NCBI GenBank assembly: GCA_963664705.1
Contig: OY761556.1
Location: 5,280,001 to 5,344,000 of the forward strand
Length of the DNA: 64,000 bases
Reading direction: 5' to 3'
Source: Acidobacteriota bacterium
GTDB lineage: Bacteria; Acidobacteriota; UBA6911
In this document: positions 1 through 12,906 of the stretch, piece after piece
Layout of the letters: each line of letters opens with the position of its first letter
Numbering within the stretch: position 1 is the first letter of the stretch
Notes under the pieces: model-generated
Databases searched by the model: none
What the model was told of the DNA's origin: nothing
The model's input: the letters and a program-made list of their open reading frames with translations, nothing else
Program-made: the position numbers and the translations under genes

Positions 1-1953
1 GAGCTGGCAGCCGATCAGTTCATCATCTTCCGGCACGAAGATCCCGATGATCCCGGAGCTTCGCGGGTTGGCGTATTCAGCCAAAGCCGATTTCTTCACA
101 ATGCCGTTGCGGGTCGCCATCAGGACGCACTGGTCGGTGTCAAAATTCTTCACGGCAATGATGTCGGCAATCTTTTCGTCCTTGCCCAGATTCACGAGGT
201 TTACGATCGCTTTTCCCTTGCCGGCGGTCCCTACATCCGGAATCTCATAGACCTTCAACCAGTAAACCTGGCCGCGATTCGTGAATACCAGCAGGTAGCT
301 GTGCGTGGAAGCGACAAAAACGTGATCGATAAAGTCTTCGTCTCGGGTTGTCATCCCGATACGACCCTTTCCGCCACGCCCCTGAGGTCGATAGAGGGAC
401 GCTGCCGTCCGTTTGATATACCCGGAGTGCGTAACGGTAATAACCACGTCCTCGTCGGCAATCAGGTCTTCGAGGGTGATTTCAACTTCCTCGTCGACGA
501 TCTGCGTCCGCCGGGCATCCCGATAGGTTTTTTGCACTTCCCTCAACTCTTCGATGACGACGCCTTCCAGGACTTTCTCGCTGGCCAGGATTTCCTTCAA
601 CCTGGCAATGAGCTTCAGAATTTCTTCATATTCCGCGATTATCTTTTCGCGTTCCAACCCGGTAAGGCGCTGCAGGCGCATTTCGAGAATCGCCTGGGCC
701 TGCACGGCGCTGAACTGGAACTGCGTCATCAGTCCGTCCTTGGCCACGGCCGGTTCTTTGGACGCACGGATCAACGCGATGACCTGATCCAGCAGGTCCA
801 AGGCACGCTTCAGTCCTTCCAATATATGCGCCCTGGTTTCCGCTTTTCGCAATTCAAAGATGGTTCTGCGGCGTACAACATCTTTCCGGTGCTCGATGAA
901 GCAGCTGAGCGCTTCTCGCAGATTCAGGATTTTGGGCTGATTCTGCACAATAGCCAGCAGGATGATCCCGAAACTGCTCTGCATGGGGGTCATTTTGTAG
1001 AGATTGTTCAGAACGACCTGGGCCGGCTCGTCTTTTTTAAGCTCGATGAAGATGCGCATCCCTTCGCGATCCGATTCGTCACGAAGATCCGAGATGCCTT
1101 CGATTTTTTTGTCCCGGACCAACTCCGCAATGCGCTCTATGAGTTTCGCTTTATTGACCTGGTATGGGATTTCGGTAACTACAATCGCCTCTCGATCGCG
1201 TGAGACCTTCTCGATGGCCGCCCGCGCACGCATAACGATAATTCCGCGGCCGTTTTCGTAGGCGGTCCGAATGCCGCTGCGCCCGTAGATAAATCCTGCC
1301 GTGGGAAAATCCGGACCCGGCACAAAGGCCATAATCTCATCCAGCGTAGCCGCCGGGTTTTCAATCAAAAGAACCGTCGCATCAATAATTTCGGAAAGGT
1401 TGTGGGGTGGAACATTGGTGGCCATCCCGACCGCAATGCCGGACGATCCATTTACGAGAAGGTTTGGAAACCTGGCCGGCAGGACCAGCGGCTCCGTGAG
1501 CGAGTCGTCGTAGTTCGGCCCGAAATCGACGGTTTCTTTGTCCAGATCAGTCAGCAGCTCGTCGGTAAGCCGCGCCATCCTTACTTCGGTGTACCGCATG
1601 GCCGCTGCATTGTCGCCGTCGATAGAGCCAAAGTTGCCCTGGCCGTCTATCAGTGGGTAACGAACAGAGAAATCCTGAACCAGGCGGACCATGGTGTCAT
1701 AAACGGCACTGTCGCCATGCGGATGATACTTACCGATGACATCGCCGACAATGCGCGCCGATTTTTTGTAGGGCTTATTGTGCGTGTTCCCCAAATCGTA
1801 CATGGCATAGAGCACGCGCCGATGGACCGGCTTGAGCCCGTCGCGCGCATCCGGCAGGGCTCTGCCGATGATGACGCTCATTGCATAGTCCAGATAGGAC
1901 TTCCGCATTTCGTCGATAATATTTACAGGGATCTGTTCAAGAGCTTCATCCAT
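1..1953 (-). CDS. gyrA: DNA gyrase subunit A (N-terminal ~651 codons; runs off the window edge)
   Basis: The minus strand from ATG 1953 reads [46 protein letters not shown]...[10 protein letters not shown]...AAMRYTE. It lies directly downstream of gyrB and is absent from the ORF track because it has no stop in the window. Confidence 0.96.
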   Translation of the reverse strand, partial: MDEALEQIPVNIIDEMRKSYLDYAMSVIIGRALPDARDGLKPVHRRVLYAMYDLGNTHNKPYKKSARIVGDVIGKYHPHGDSAVYDTMVRLVQDFSVRYPLIDGQGNFGSIDGDNAAAMRYTEVRMARLTDELLTDLDKETVDFGPNYDDSLTEPLVLPARFPNLLVNGSSGIAVGMATNVPPHNLSEIIDATVLLIENPAATLDEIMAFVPGPDFPTAGFIYGRSGIRTAYENGRGIIVMRARAAIEKVSRDREAIVVTEIPYQVNKAKLIERIAELVRDKKIEGISDLRDESDREGMRIFIELKKDEPAQVVLNNLYKMTPMQSSFGIILLAIVQNQPKILNLREALSCFIEHRKDVVRRRTIFELRKAETRAHILEGLKRALDLLDQVIALIRASKEPAVAKDGLMTQFQFSAVQAQAILEMRLQRLTGLEREKIIAEYEEILKLIARLKEILASEKVLEGVVIEELREVQKTYRDARRTQIVDEEVEITLEDLIADEDVVITVTHSGYIKRTAASLYRPQGRGGKGRIGMTTRDEDFIDHVFVASTHSYLLVFTNRGQVYWLKVYEIPDVGTAGKGKAIVNLVNLGKDEKIADIIAVKNFDTDQCVLMATRNGIVKKSALAEYANPRSSGIIGIFVPEDDELIGCQL

Positions 1954-1969
1954 GAGAGGCGCTTCAATC

Positions 1970-4450
<2,481 letters not shown>

Positions 4451-4489
4451 TCACTTTTGGGTTGAGATTCAATGGATCTGGAAATGCTA

Positions 4490-4791
4490 CAAACTATTTA
4501 TTTCCAACAAATTATTTGATCCATTCCAACGGTGAAAGTATACCACAATCCAACCGCGATTCAGAGCGAAATTCTTCTCGGAAATAGAACAATAAATTTT
4601 TTATTTTCAATAATTTACAATTGTGATTTCCCGCCGCCCGATACTTGGGCCGGCGCATCGTCGGAAACGGAGTTTTTCCCGGTCAAAAAAGGCGATTTTA
4701 GGAGATTTCTGCCTCTGCGCTTTTTCCATTTACGCGGCTCGGACATTTGAGGGTAAAGCGGATGCAAGTTATTGAAAAATAAAGAAGCTTA
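4490..4791. promoter_or_regulatory. AT-rich gyrB upstream region with three IHF-like sites
   Basis: ttatttccaacaaatta (~4497-4513), ttattttcaataattta (~4601-4617) and, on the minus strand, ttatttttcaataacttg (4765-4782) resemble WATCAANNNNTTR. Confidence 0.35.
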
Positions 4792-4862
4792 CTGAAAAAA
4801 ACGCGTTTAAGAATTGCCACCCCGGGACCAGCGAGGAACAACTTCAGAGGCGGAGATCGGGT

Positions 4863-5960
4863 TTAGAGCGGAGAGACGACCCCGTCTTTTACGCCAAAGC
4901 ATCGCGTATCCACCGGCATGAAGGGGAGGAGAAAGTCTTTGGCCGAGGTAAGAAAAAGCTGAGTCCGTTCGGCAATGTACTGAAGGAAGGTTCGTAACCG
5001 CTGTTCATCCAATTCCGCTTCGGCATCATCTACGAGGAATACGGGATAAAAGCCGTGAAACCGATGGTGGATTTCCATTTGAGAAAAATAGAGAGACAGC
5101 AGTCCGGAACGCTGTTGGCCTGCCGACCCGAAGTCAATGAGCGACTTACCGTTAACAAATAGCTTGAGGTCGTCCCGGTGTGGACCGACAGAAGTATATC
5201 CCGTTCTCAGATCATTCGGGCGTGCCTGCAGGAGTCGCGCCCGAAACTGTTCTTCGATCTGCGCCACGGCATCACTATCGGTGGTGACAGTGGAGAGATA
5301 GTGCATTTTCAGAACTTCAGTTCCGAATAATCCCAAAGGCACCTGGCGTTTCATCTCCTCGGTGTATTGCCAGCGGTGCCAGAGAATTCTCGCGCCCGGC
5401 TTTACAAGGGATTCATCCCAGCTGTCGAGGAGATTTGGATCTACGCGTACATTCCCGTCGCGACCCGTCGCCAAAACCCTGTTTCTTTGCTTCAGAGCCC
5501 TTTCGTAGGCTGCCAAATGAGATACGTGCCCCGGGTATAGGGTAACCATCGCCCGATCAAGGAAAGCCCTTCTGTCCGCAGGTGCGCCGCGTACAACTTT
5601 CAGATGTTCGTGAGTGAATGCCAGCAGATGCAGGTTTCCTACAAACTGATCGATGGATGCCGGCTTGCCGAACAGGAAAAGCTTTTTCTCTTCGCGGCCG
5701 ATGGATATTTTGAGATTGCGCGTCAGGCTCCCGTGCTCGACGGTCCCTTCGATGACGCATTGATTCTGGTTGTGCCGGATGCAGTCCTTGGGAGTCGATG
5801 TACGAAAACTCCTTCCGTACCCGAGAAGATACATCGCTTCCAGTAGATTGGTTTTTCCCTGGCCATTCCTCCCTGACAGAAGATTTGTTCCCTCTGCGGG
5901 AGATAATTCCAGTTCCTCGATGTTGCGATAGTTGAAAAGACGCAGCTTTGTTAGATGCAC
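4863..5960 (-). CDS. recF: DNA replication/repair protein RecF
   Basis: Walker A GRNGQGKTNLLEA, GPHRDDL, SAGQQR, LVDDAEAELD; conserved position between dnaN and gyrB. Confidence 0.96.
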   Translation of the reverse strand: MHLTKLRLFNYRNIEELELSPAEGTNLLSGRNGQGKTNLLEAMYLLGYGRSFRTSTPKDCIRHNQNQCVIEGTVEHGSLTRNLKISIGREEKKLFLFGKPASIDQFVGNLHLLAFTHEHLKVVRGAPADRRAFLDRAMVTLYPGHVSHLAAYERALKQRNRVLATGRDGNVRVDPNLLDSWDESLVKPGARILWHRWQYTEEMKRQVPLGLFGTEVLKMHYLSTVTTDSDAVAQIEEQFRARLLQARPNDLRTGYTSVGPHRDDLKLFVNGKSLIDFGSAGQQRSGLLSLYFSQMEIHHRFHGFYPVFLVDDAEAELDEQRLRTFLQYIAERTQLFLTSAKDFLLPFMPVDTRCFGVKDGVVSPL

Positions 5961-7069
5961 TAAAATTTCATTGGCATCACGACATACCTGTATTCCATAT
6001 CGGATGCCGTAACGGGCTTGAGCAAGCCCTGGGTTTCAGAGTCTTTGAGCGAAATGATAATCGATTCCGCCGCGCAGACTCCGAGAAAGTCGAGAAGATA
6101 TTGGGGATTGAATCCGATGTCCAGAGCATCTCCATCGAATTCCACCGGCACCACTTCCCTGGCTTCTCCAGCCTCAGCACTGCTGGCGGTCAGCTCCAGC
6201 GTGCCGGCCTTGAACGACAGCTTGATGGCTCGCAGCTTTTCATCCGACATGATGGCTGCCCGGCGTATTCCATCCACAAGCTCCCTGGTGGATGAGGTAA
6301 TGTTTTTGTCGTTATCGCGAGGCACGACAAGTTCATAGTTTGGAAACTGTCCGGCCAAAATCCGGGAAACAAGCCGTTTGCTTCCCACGGAGAAAAACAG
6401 GTGATTTTCGTCGCGGCCGAATTCTACCAGCATGTCCTGCTCGCCGATCAGCTTCTGTAGTTCGACAAGAGTCTTGCGCGGAATCAAGGCGCGAACTTCC
6501 AAATCGACTCCGGGTATTTCCATACCTTTGCTCACCAACGCCAGCCGATGTCCGTCCGTGGCCACCATGCGGATATCGTTGGGCATGAGGACCAGCAACG
6601 CCCCATTCAGCGAGTATCGTGATTCCTCCTGCGTTATGGCAAACATCGTCCGCTGAATCATGTTCCGCAACAGAAAACCAGGGATCTGTGCAGTCGTCGC
6701 CGCCGGCTCGGGGATTGAGGGGAAATTTTCTTTCGGCAAAGCCACAATCTTGTATTGGGAGTTCCCGGAGTGCAGCTGTACCCAGTCATTTTCCATCAGC
6801 GAGAAAGCGATATCGGCTCCATCGGGAAGAAGCCGAACGATATCGAAGAGCCTTCTTGCGGAAATGGTCGTCGTCCCTTCACTCTCCACCGATGCAGGGC
6901 AGCCGCAGCGGATCGTCACATCCAAATCTGTCGCGGCAATGTCGAGGTGACCACCCGAAGCTTCCAACAAAATATTGGAAAGGATAGGAATGGTACTTTT
7001 CTTCTCAATGACACCCTGTACCAAATTGAGTTCATTCAACAGCTCGTTCCTGGTAACCGTGAATTTCAT
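5960..7069 (-). CDS. dnaN: DNA polymerase III beta sliding clamp
   Basis: MKFTV...IPILSNILL, ATDGHRL, FPNYE, IGFNPQYLLD, YVVMPM C-terminus. Confidence 0.97.
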   Translation of the reverse strand: MKFTVTRNELLNELNLVQGVIEKKSTIPILSNILLEASGGHLDIAATDLDVTIRCGCPASVESEGTTTISARRLFDIVRLLPDGADIAFSLMENDWVQLHSGNSQYKIVALPKENFPSIPEPAATTAQIPGFLLRNMIQRTMFAITQEESRYSLNGALLVLMPNDIRMVATDGHRLALVSKGMEIPGVDLEVRALIPRKTLVELQKLIGEQDMLVEFGRDENHLFFSVGSKRLVSRILAGQFPNYELVVPRDNDKNITSSTRELVDGIRRAAIMSDEKLRAIKLSFKAGTLELTASSAEAGEAREVVPVEFDGDALDIGFNPQYLLDFLGVCAAESIIISLKDSETQGLLKPVTASDMEYRYVVMPMKF

Positions 7070-7215
7070 GAATGACGCTCCTTGGGGAAAGAAGGAAGAC
7101 CACGATCTTTTTGAAGGACCGATTATACCGCGTCTGTAAATTTATGCTTCAGGAAAAAACCACACTTCCAGCGATTGTTTTCTGCTTCTACTAAAATTAT
7201 GACAGATATTGATAC

Positions 7216-7389
7216 TAGTAGAAGTAGAAGGTCGTGTGGATATGTGGAAAACAGGCTTAAAGCTATTTGAGATAGCAGGATAGAAAGTGCAAGCATTCCA
7301 GGCTCGCCTGTGAAAATATGCCAGTTTTTGTGGAAAAAAACGGATGAGGAAAAATCCACAGGGTTCTAAAAATGATGTTTTGTGGAAAA
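7216..7389. other. oriC: oriC unwinding module: DnaA-trios, GC spacer and DnaA boxes
   Basis: TAG TAG AAG TAG AAG (7216-7230), GTCG, then TGTGGATAT (7235) and TGTGGAAAA (7243); further boxes at 7329, 7352 (AAATCCACA) and 7381, in the dnaA-dnaN gap. Confidence 0.85.
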
Positions 7390-7549
7390 AGATATAAAAC
7401 AAACAAAATCAATAATATACACTGTGTAAATCCCTGTTAAAAACTTATGGGCGGTCACAGGCCGATTGTCTTCAGAACGATCGTAACGAAGACGCAAGGA
7501 TCCCCCGACCCGACTTCTGTTGCCGATACCTAAAGACAGAGGGCTGGTT

Positions 7550-8872
7550 TTACCGAAGTGATTTCATGATCGAGTTCACTGCAGCGGAGATTTCTGAATC
7601 CTTCTTCTTCAGCGAATCGATCTTGCGAATGGAGTGAAGAACCGTGGTGTGGTGCTTTCCGCCAAAGTCCTTGCCGATCTGAGGCAGGGATTGGTTGGTA
7701 AGCTCTTTGCAGATATACATCGCGATTTGACGCGGTACGGCAATGGGTTTTGAATTGTTCTTGGCTTTAAGCTGCGCCGGCTTCAGCGAAAAGAAAGAGG
7801 CGACAGCCCGGAGAACCGCTTCGGAGGACACCGATGGATTCTGATCCGTGGTGAATCCTTTCAAGACCTCCTTGGCGTAGAACAGATCGATTTCCGATAC
7901 ATCCATTCCGTCAAGAGAGGCTCGAGCATTAAGCCGGTTCAATGCGCCTTCGAGCTCGCGCACATTGGAGCGGATACCGCTTGCAATGTAGATGGCAACA
8001 TCATCCCTGAGTTTGAAGGAATCCGATTCGGCCTTCTTTCTGAGGATTGCCAGCTTGGTTTCGAGGTCAGGCGGCTGGATATCTGCAATCAAGCCCCATT
8101 CAAACCGGGAATGCAGTCTCTCTTCCAGCGTTGGAATCTGTTTTGGAGCGCAGTCACTGGTAATGACAATCTGCTTCTGTGCGTCATACAGTGCGTTAAA
8201 GGTATGGAAAAACTCCTCCTGGGTGCGTTCCTTTCCCGCTATAAACTGGATGTCGTCCATGAGCAGGACGTCAATGTTTCGGTATTTCTGACGGAATTGA
8301 ATGGTGCGTTCGTACCGAATTGCATTGACCAGCTCATTCATGAATTTTTCGGAGGACATGTAGGTCATCCGGACATTCCGGTTCCGCTTCTGAATGAGAT
8401 TGCCGATAGCGTGCATGAGGTGCGTTTTTCCGAGGCCGACGCCGCCATACAGGTAAAGCGGGTTGTATGCTTTGGAAGGGCGTTCGGCTACAGCCAGGGA
8501 CGCAGCGCAGGCAAGCTGATTACTTGTTCCCACAACAAAAGAGTCAAACGTATACTTGGGGATCAACAAAGGCTGAGAATCGGAGGTCGAAGCGACCGGG
8601 GAAGCGGAAGACAGTTCCACCGCATCCGTCGCAGAGGATCCCTCAATGGAAACCTGCAGAGTCAGCGGAGCTTTGGCAATTTCGGTGGCAGCACGCAGCA
8701 ACAGCTCCGAGTAATTCTCGAGGAGGCAGTTTTTGAAAACCTCTGTCGGAACCGTCAGCCGCAATACACCATTCTCACGTCCCTGATACGATATCGGTTT
8801 AAACCAGGTATCGTAGCATTGACGATTGGTATGCTTCTGAACGGTAGAGAGGACGTGGTGCCAGAAATCCAT
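7550..8872 (-). CDS. dnaA: Chromosomal replication initiator DnaA
   Basis: YNPLYLYGGVGLGKTHL, LMDDIQF, QEEFFHTFN, RLHSRFEWGL, FGGKHHTTVLH. Start reassigned to MDFWHH (8872) because the longer ORF runs through DnaA boxes. Confidence 0.96.
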   Translation of the reverse strand: MDFWHHVLSTVQKHTNRQCYDTWFKPISYQGRENGVLRLTVPTEVFKNCLLENYSELLLRAATEIAKAPLTLQVSIEGSSATDAVELSSASPVASTSDSQPLLIPKYTFDSFVVGTSNQLACAASLAVAERPSKAYNPLYLYGGVGLGKTHLMHAIGNLIQKRNRNVRMTYMSSEKFMNELVNAIRYERTIQFRQKYRNIDVLLMDDIQFIAGKERTQEEFFHTFNALYDAQKQIVITSDCAPKQIPTLEERLHSRFEWGLIADIQPPDLETKLAILRKKAESDSFKLRDDVAIYIASGIRSNVRELEGALNRLNARASLDGMDVSEIDLFYAKEVLKGFTTDQNPSVSSEAVLRAVASFFSLKPAQLKAKNNSKPIAVPRQIAMYICKELTNQSLPQIGKDFGGKHHTTVLHSIRKIDSLKKKDSEISAAVNSIMKSLR

Positions 8873-8917
8873 ATTTGATTTACCAGGTGCTTCTATACCA
8901 GCTAACGGAACTCGAAC

Positions 8918-8949
8918 TTTTCCACAGAGTTTTCCACAGCTGTGGAAAA
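8918..8949. promoter_or_regulatory. DnaA box cluster upstream of dnaA (autoregulation / second oriC part)
   Basis: TTTTCCACA at 8918 and 8930, inverted TGTGGAAAA at 8941; TTCTCCACA at 9077. Confidence 0.75.
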
Positions 8950-9410
8950 CACAAATAGATTCGAAACAGTCAGGCTTTATTTGATCCTGCTGTTCACTTC
9001 GAATCGAAATGTCAGGATTTCGCGGAACCTCGCGTTTGTTTTTCTCAACAACGGGCGTGAAAGTTAGCATACGCGATTCTCCACATTCAACAAAAAAATC
9101 GCTATTTGGGTTTTTTGTCACAAATCAATGAATGCCAGTAACGACGCGGGTTTCAGCGTTGGTGACGATGTAAAATACTGAAAAATAAAGGGGCAGGATA
9201 GGACTGGAGAATATGAAAATTCCTACCGAAATAAAAATAGGAAATTAGATAATATTTTTTGATTAAGACGTGTCCTCTTTTGCAAAACACGCGTCCCTAG
9301 CCGATACGGGGTTCCATCGGTACGGCCGGCCCGATACTAAAAGCATAGTTATAAGCTAACGGGCAGATTCCGGCGTGATAGAAATCACTGTAAATTCGCG
9401 GATGAAAGGC

Positions 9411-9896
9411 TTAGAGATTGGAGAAATAGGGAAGCAATCGATTGTAGGTAGCAGGCAATTCTTCAGGAAGGACGCGGGTTTCACCCACTACGGAAACAAA
9501 GTTCGAATCGCCCACCCAGCGAGGCAGAATGTGCATGTGCAGGTGATGTTCAACTCCGGCTCCGGCGGCGCGTCCAAGATTGAACCCCATATTGAATCCA
9601 TTCGGATGGTATTCCCGGCGCAGAGCGTCTTCACAGACACGTCCAAGATCGATGATTTCGTGGAGTTCTTCCGGTTGCGCTTCCGAGAGTGAAGCGATAT
9701 GGCGGTTCGCGACGCACATCAGGTGGCCGGAAGTATAGGGAAAGAGATTCAGAATGACGAAGGCGTGTTTGCCGCGATACAAGAGATAGTTGGCGGCGTC
9801 GCGCGTCTCCTGCAAAAGGCGGCAGAAGACACACTCCGGCGCCTGTTCAGCTGTGCGGATATATTCGAATCGCCACGGAGTCCAGAGGCGGTCCAT
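9411..9896 (-). CDS. HIT-family hydrolase (Ap4A hydrolase/phosphorylase type)
   Basis: MDRLWTPWR, CVFC, LNLFPYTSGH, HLHMHILPRW histidine triad. Confidence 0.92.
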   Translation of the reverse strand: MDRLWTPWRFEYIRTAEQAPECVFCRLLQETRDAANYLLYRGKHAFVILNLFPYTSGHLMCVANRHIASLSEAQPEELHEIIDLGRVCEDALRREYHPNGFNMGFNLGRAAGAGVEHHLHMHILPRWVGDSNFVSVVGETRVLPEELPATYNRLLPYFSNL

Positions 9897-10171
9897 TACA
9901 GATTGACAAGGTCCTTGATTTCTTTACCCGGCTTGAAATAAGGGACCTTTTTGGCCGGTACGCTGACGCCCGTGCCGGTTTTCGGATTTCGTCCCTGGCG
10001 GGAAGACCGGTTACGGATGCGGAACGAGCCGAACCCGCGAAGCTCGATTTTTTCGCCGCGCTGCAGTGATTCGGTAATGCTGTCCAAGACGGTCTGGACG
10101 ATAACTTCGGCATCCTTCTTGGTCAGTTCCGACTCATTGGCAACTTCTTCGACAAGTTCTGCTTTTGTCAT
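9896..10171 (-). CDS. ihfB: Integration host factor beta / HU-family protein
   Basis: MTKAELVEEV...KIELRGFGSF...GRNPKTG...PYFKPGKE; GGGAGA RBS before ATG 10171; rpsA-sppA-ihfB synteny. Confidence 0.85.
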   Translation of the reverse strand: MTKAELVEEVANESELTKKDAEVIVQTVLDSITESLQRGEKIELRGFGSFRIRNRSSRQGRNPKTGTGVSVPAKKVPYFKPGKEIKDLVNL

Positions 10172-10181
10172 TTCTGTCTCC

Positions 10182-11093
10182 CTATTTCCAGAGATATTCA
10201 AACCGTATGTGGGACTCGGACCGGTCCGGGCTCAGGGATAGAGCAGATCGGGAATCCCCGAGAAGAAGATCGAGAATGGAATAGGTCTTTTTTGCGGGGC
10301 TTAGAACCTTTGGCGTTCCGGAAATTCCCGCAATTCGTCCCGCTTCCTCAATAGCCTCCTGGTAGGTCCCAATCGCATCGATCAGTCCGTTGGCTTTCGC
10401 CTCCTCGCCGGTGTAGACACGACCGTCCGCCAGCTTCCGCACATCTTCTTCTTTCAGTTTCCGGCTCTTTGATACGGCGGATACAAACTGGCCATACATG
10501 TTGCCGATCAGATTTTGAAAATAAACCTTCTCTTCTTCCGTAAGCGGGCGCGTACCGGAACCCGCATCCTTCAACGAACCGCTCTTAATGACAATGCTCT
10601 CCATCTTGGCCCATTTGAGCAGGTCGCCATAATTATACCACTCGGCTATCACGCCGATGCTCCCGGTAATGGTCCCGGGATTGGCATAGATCTTGTCTGC
10701 CGCGCAAGCCGCGTAATATCCGCCTGACGCGGCGACAGATCCCATACTTACCACTACTTTCTTTTTCGATTCCGCGCGGAATTTCTTTATAGCTTCGTAA
10801 ATTTCCTGCGAAGCCGCAACACCACCGCCCGGGCTGTTGATTCGCAAAACTACCGCGCGAACACCCGAACGGTTTCCATAATCCTTGAGCTGCTCGATGA
10901 ATTCCTTTGAATCGGAAATGACGCCTTCAAGCTCGACGGCCGCAATCTGATTGCCGGAAAAGCTTATCCCGGGGGAGCTTTCACCTGAAAAGTAAACCGC
11001 CAGGGCGAGGAGACACAGGATAAAGAAGAAGAAAGCTCCCCCGCCCAGGATAATCCAAAGCAACAGATTCGATCGCTTCCGCTGTGTCTCCAA
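10182..11093 (-). CDS. sppA: Signal peptide peptidase SppA (36K type)
   Basis: N-terminal TM, RINSPGG, AASGGYY, TGSIGV, DGRVYTG. Confidence 0.93.
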   Translation of the reverse strand: METQRKRSNLLLWIILGGGAFFFFILCLLALAVYFSGESSPGISFSGNQIAAVELEGVISDSKEFIEQLKDYGNRSGVRAVVLRINSPGGGVAASQEIYEAIKKFRAESKKKVVVSMGSVAASGGYYAACAADKIYANPGTITGSIGVIAEWYNYGDLLKWAKMESIVIKSGSLKDAGSGTRPLTEEEKVYFQNLIGNMYGQFVSAVSKSRKLKEEDVRKLADGRVYTGEEAKANGLIDAIGTYQEAIEEAGRIAGISGTPKVLSPAKKTYSILDLLLGDSRSALSLSPDRSESHIRFEYLWK

Positions 11094-11115
11094 GTTAGAG
11101 CCTAAGGCCTTTCAC

Positions 11116-12906
11116 CTATTCGTTTTCAGGCTTTTTGAATCGCTGCAACTGTTCGCCCAGCCGTTCGCCCATGGAGGCATTTCCCGAGTCGGCGGAAGCC
11201 ATGTACGAAGTGAATTCGAACCGGGGCTCTTCTTCCTTCATGGCCTTCAGGCTCAAACCAATCTTCTTTTCCTGCAGGTTCATCTTAATGACCCGCATTT
11301 CGACTTCCTGGCCGATGTTGAGAAATTCTGTCGGTTTTTCGACATGCTTTTCATCAAGCTCGGATACGTGGCACAGTCCCTCGACGCCTTCTTCCAGTTC
11401 AACAAAAGCCCCGAAATTGGTCATTCGAACGACTTTACCCTTTACCGCCTCTCCAAGCTGGTGACGGCTGAACCAGTCTTCCCAACGATCCGGCTCAAGC
11501 TGCTTGATCCCTAACGAGAGTTTCTGGTTGGCTGCATCGATACTTAGAACTACGGCTTGAACCTCGTCCCCCTTCTTCAGCACTTCAGAGGGGTGCTTCA
11601 TCCGCTTCGTCCAGGATATATCCGATACATGCACCAAACCGTCGATCCCGTCTTCTACTTCCACAAAAGCGCCAAAATCGGTGATATTCCGGACCTTGCC
11701 GCTGATGACAGTACCGGGGGCGTACCGGGCTTCAATGACATCCCATGGATTGGGCTCGGTCTGTTTCAGACCCAGGGAGATTCTACGGGACTCCACATCG
11801 ATATCCAATACGACCGCTTCCACCGTGTCTCCGACGCTGAGGATCTTCGACGGATGCTTGACGCGCTTGTTCCAGGTCATTTCGGAGATATGAATCAGTC
11901 CCTCAACACCCGGTTCCAGCTCAACAAAGGCACCGTAATCCGTAAGGCTGACCACTTTGCCCGAAACACGCATGTTTTTCGGGTAACGCATATCAGCGTG
12001 CAGCCAGGGGTCTTCGGTCATCTGCTTGAATCCCAGGGAAACCCGACCGTCTTCTTTGGTGAACTTGATGACCTTCACCTGCAGCTTATCACCCACGGCA
12101 AAGAGCTCGGACGGATGATTCACGCGGCCCCAGGACATGTCTGTGATGTGGAGCAGGCCATCGACGCCGCCAAGATCAATAAATGCACCGTAATCGGTGA
12201 TGTTCTTGACGACACCTTCCATGACTTTGCCCGCCTCGAGAACTTCCATGGTCTTTTCTTTCTCTTCCTTCATGGATTCCTCGAGAACGGCTTTTCTCGA
12301 AAGCACGATGTTCCCGCGTTTCTTATTCACCTTGATGACGCGCATTTCGAATTCTTCGCCGCGCAGGCTGTCAAGGTTGCGAACCGGGCGCACATCAATC
12401 TGGGATCCCGGCAGGAAAGCCCGGACACCGATGTCGACCGCCAGACCGCCTTTGATCCGCTCAATGACGCGGCCTTTGACGACGGTTCCTTCACGATACG
12501 CGCGCTCGATTTCGTCCCAAATCTTCATCCGCTCGGCTTTTTCCCTGGATAGGACGACGTAGCCTCTGGAGTCTTCGGTCTGTTCCAGGAAGACATCTAT
12601 CGCATCTCCCGCTTTTACGGTGACCTGACCGCGATCATTCATGAACTGCTCAATGGGAATGATCCCTTCAGACTTGAAACCGACATCAACAACAACTCCA
12701 CCGCCAGAGATGGCAATGACCCGGCCCTTGATAACCTCTCCCTCAGAGAAACTCTGAGTTCTACCTTCGTATGCAGCCAGAAGCGCCTCGAAGTTGTTTT
12801 CGTCTTCTTTTGCTCCGGCGGGGGTGTTTTCCTGGGTTGGTACTGCCGCGTCCGGCTGAGATGAAGCGTCAGCTGCAGGATGCGTTTCGTTAACGTCAAA
12901 TGACAT
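11116..12906 (-). CDS. rpsA: 30S ribosomal protein S1
   Basis: Six S1 domains (FLPGSQID, YGAFIDLGGVDGLLHITDMSW, GLIHISEMTW, GLVHVSDISW, GLCHVSE). Confidence 0.97.
   Translation of the reverse strand: MSFDVNETHPAADASSQPDAAVPTQENTPAGAKEDENNFEALLAAYEGRTQSFSEGEVIKGRVIAISGGGVVVDVGFKSEGIIPIEQFMNDRGQVTVKAGDAIDVFLEQTEDSRGYVVLSREKAERMKIWDEIERAYREGTVVKGRVIERIKGGLAVDIGVRAFLPGSQIDVRPVRNLDSLRGEEFEMRVIKVNKKRGNIVLSRKAVLEESMKEEKEKTMEVLEAGKVMEGVVKNITDYGAFIDLGGVDGLLHITDMSWGRVNHPSELFAVGDKLQVKVIKFTKEDGRVSLGFKQMTEDPWLHADMRYPKNMRVSGKVVSLTDYGAFVELEPGVEGLIHISEMTWNKRVKHPSKILSVGDTVEAVVLDIDVESRRISLGLKQTEPNPWDVIEARYAPGTVISGKVRNITDFGAFVEVEDGIDGLVHVSDISWTKRMKHPSEVLKKGDEVQAVVLSIDAANQKLSLGIKQLEPDRWEDWFSRHQLGEAVKGKVVRMTNFGAFVELEEGVEGLCHVSELDEKHVEKPTEFLNIGQEVEMRVIKMNLQEKKIGLSLKAMKEEEPRFEFTSYMASADSGNASMGERLGEQLQRFKKPENE

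Noticed and set aside
8873-9121. 83-aa N-terminal extension of DnaA in the ORF track
   Set aside because: It runs through DnaA boxes and promoter DNA; domain I begins at MDFWHH.
9213-9248. Mini-ORF MKIPTEIKIGN with a GGAGA RBS, divergent from dnaA (rpmH position)
   Set aside because: No resemblance to L34 and too short to support.
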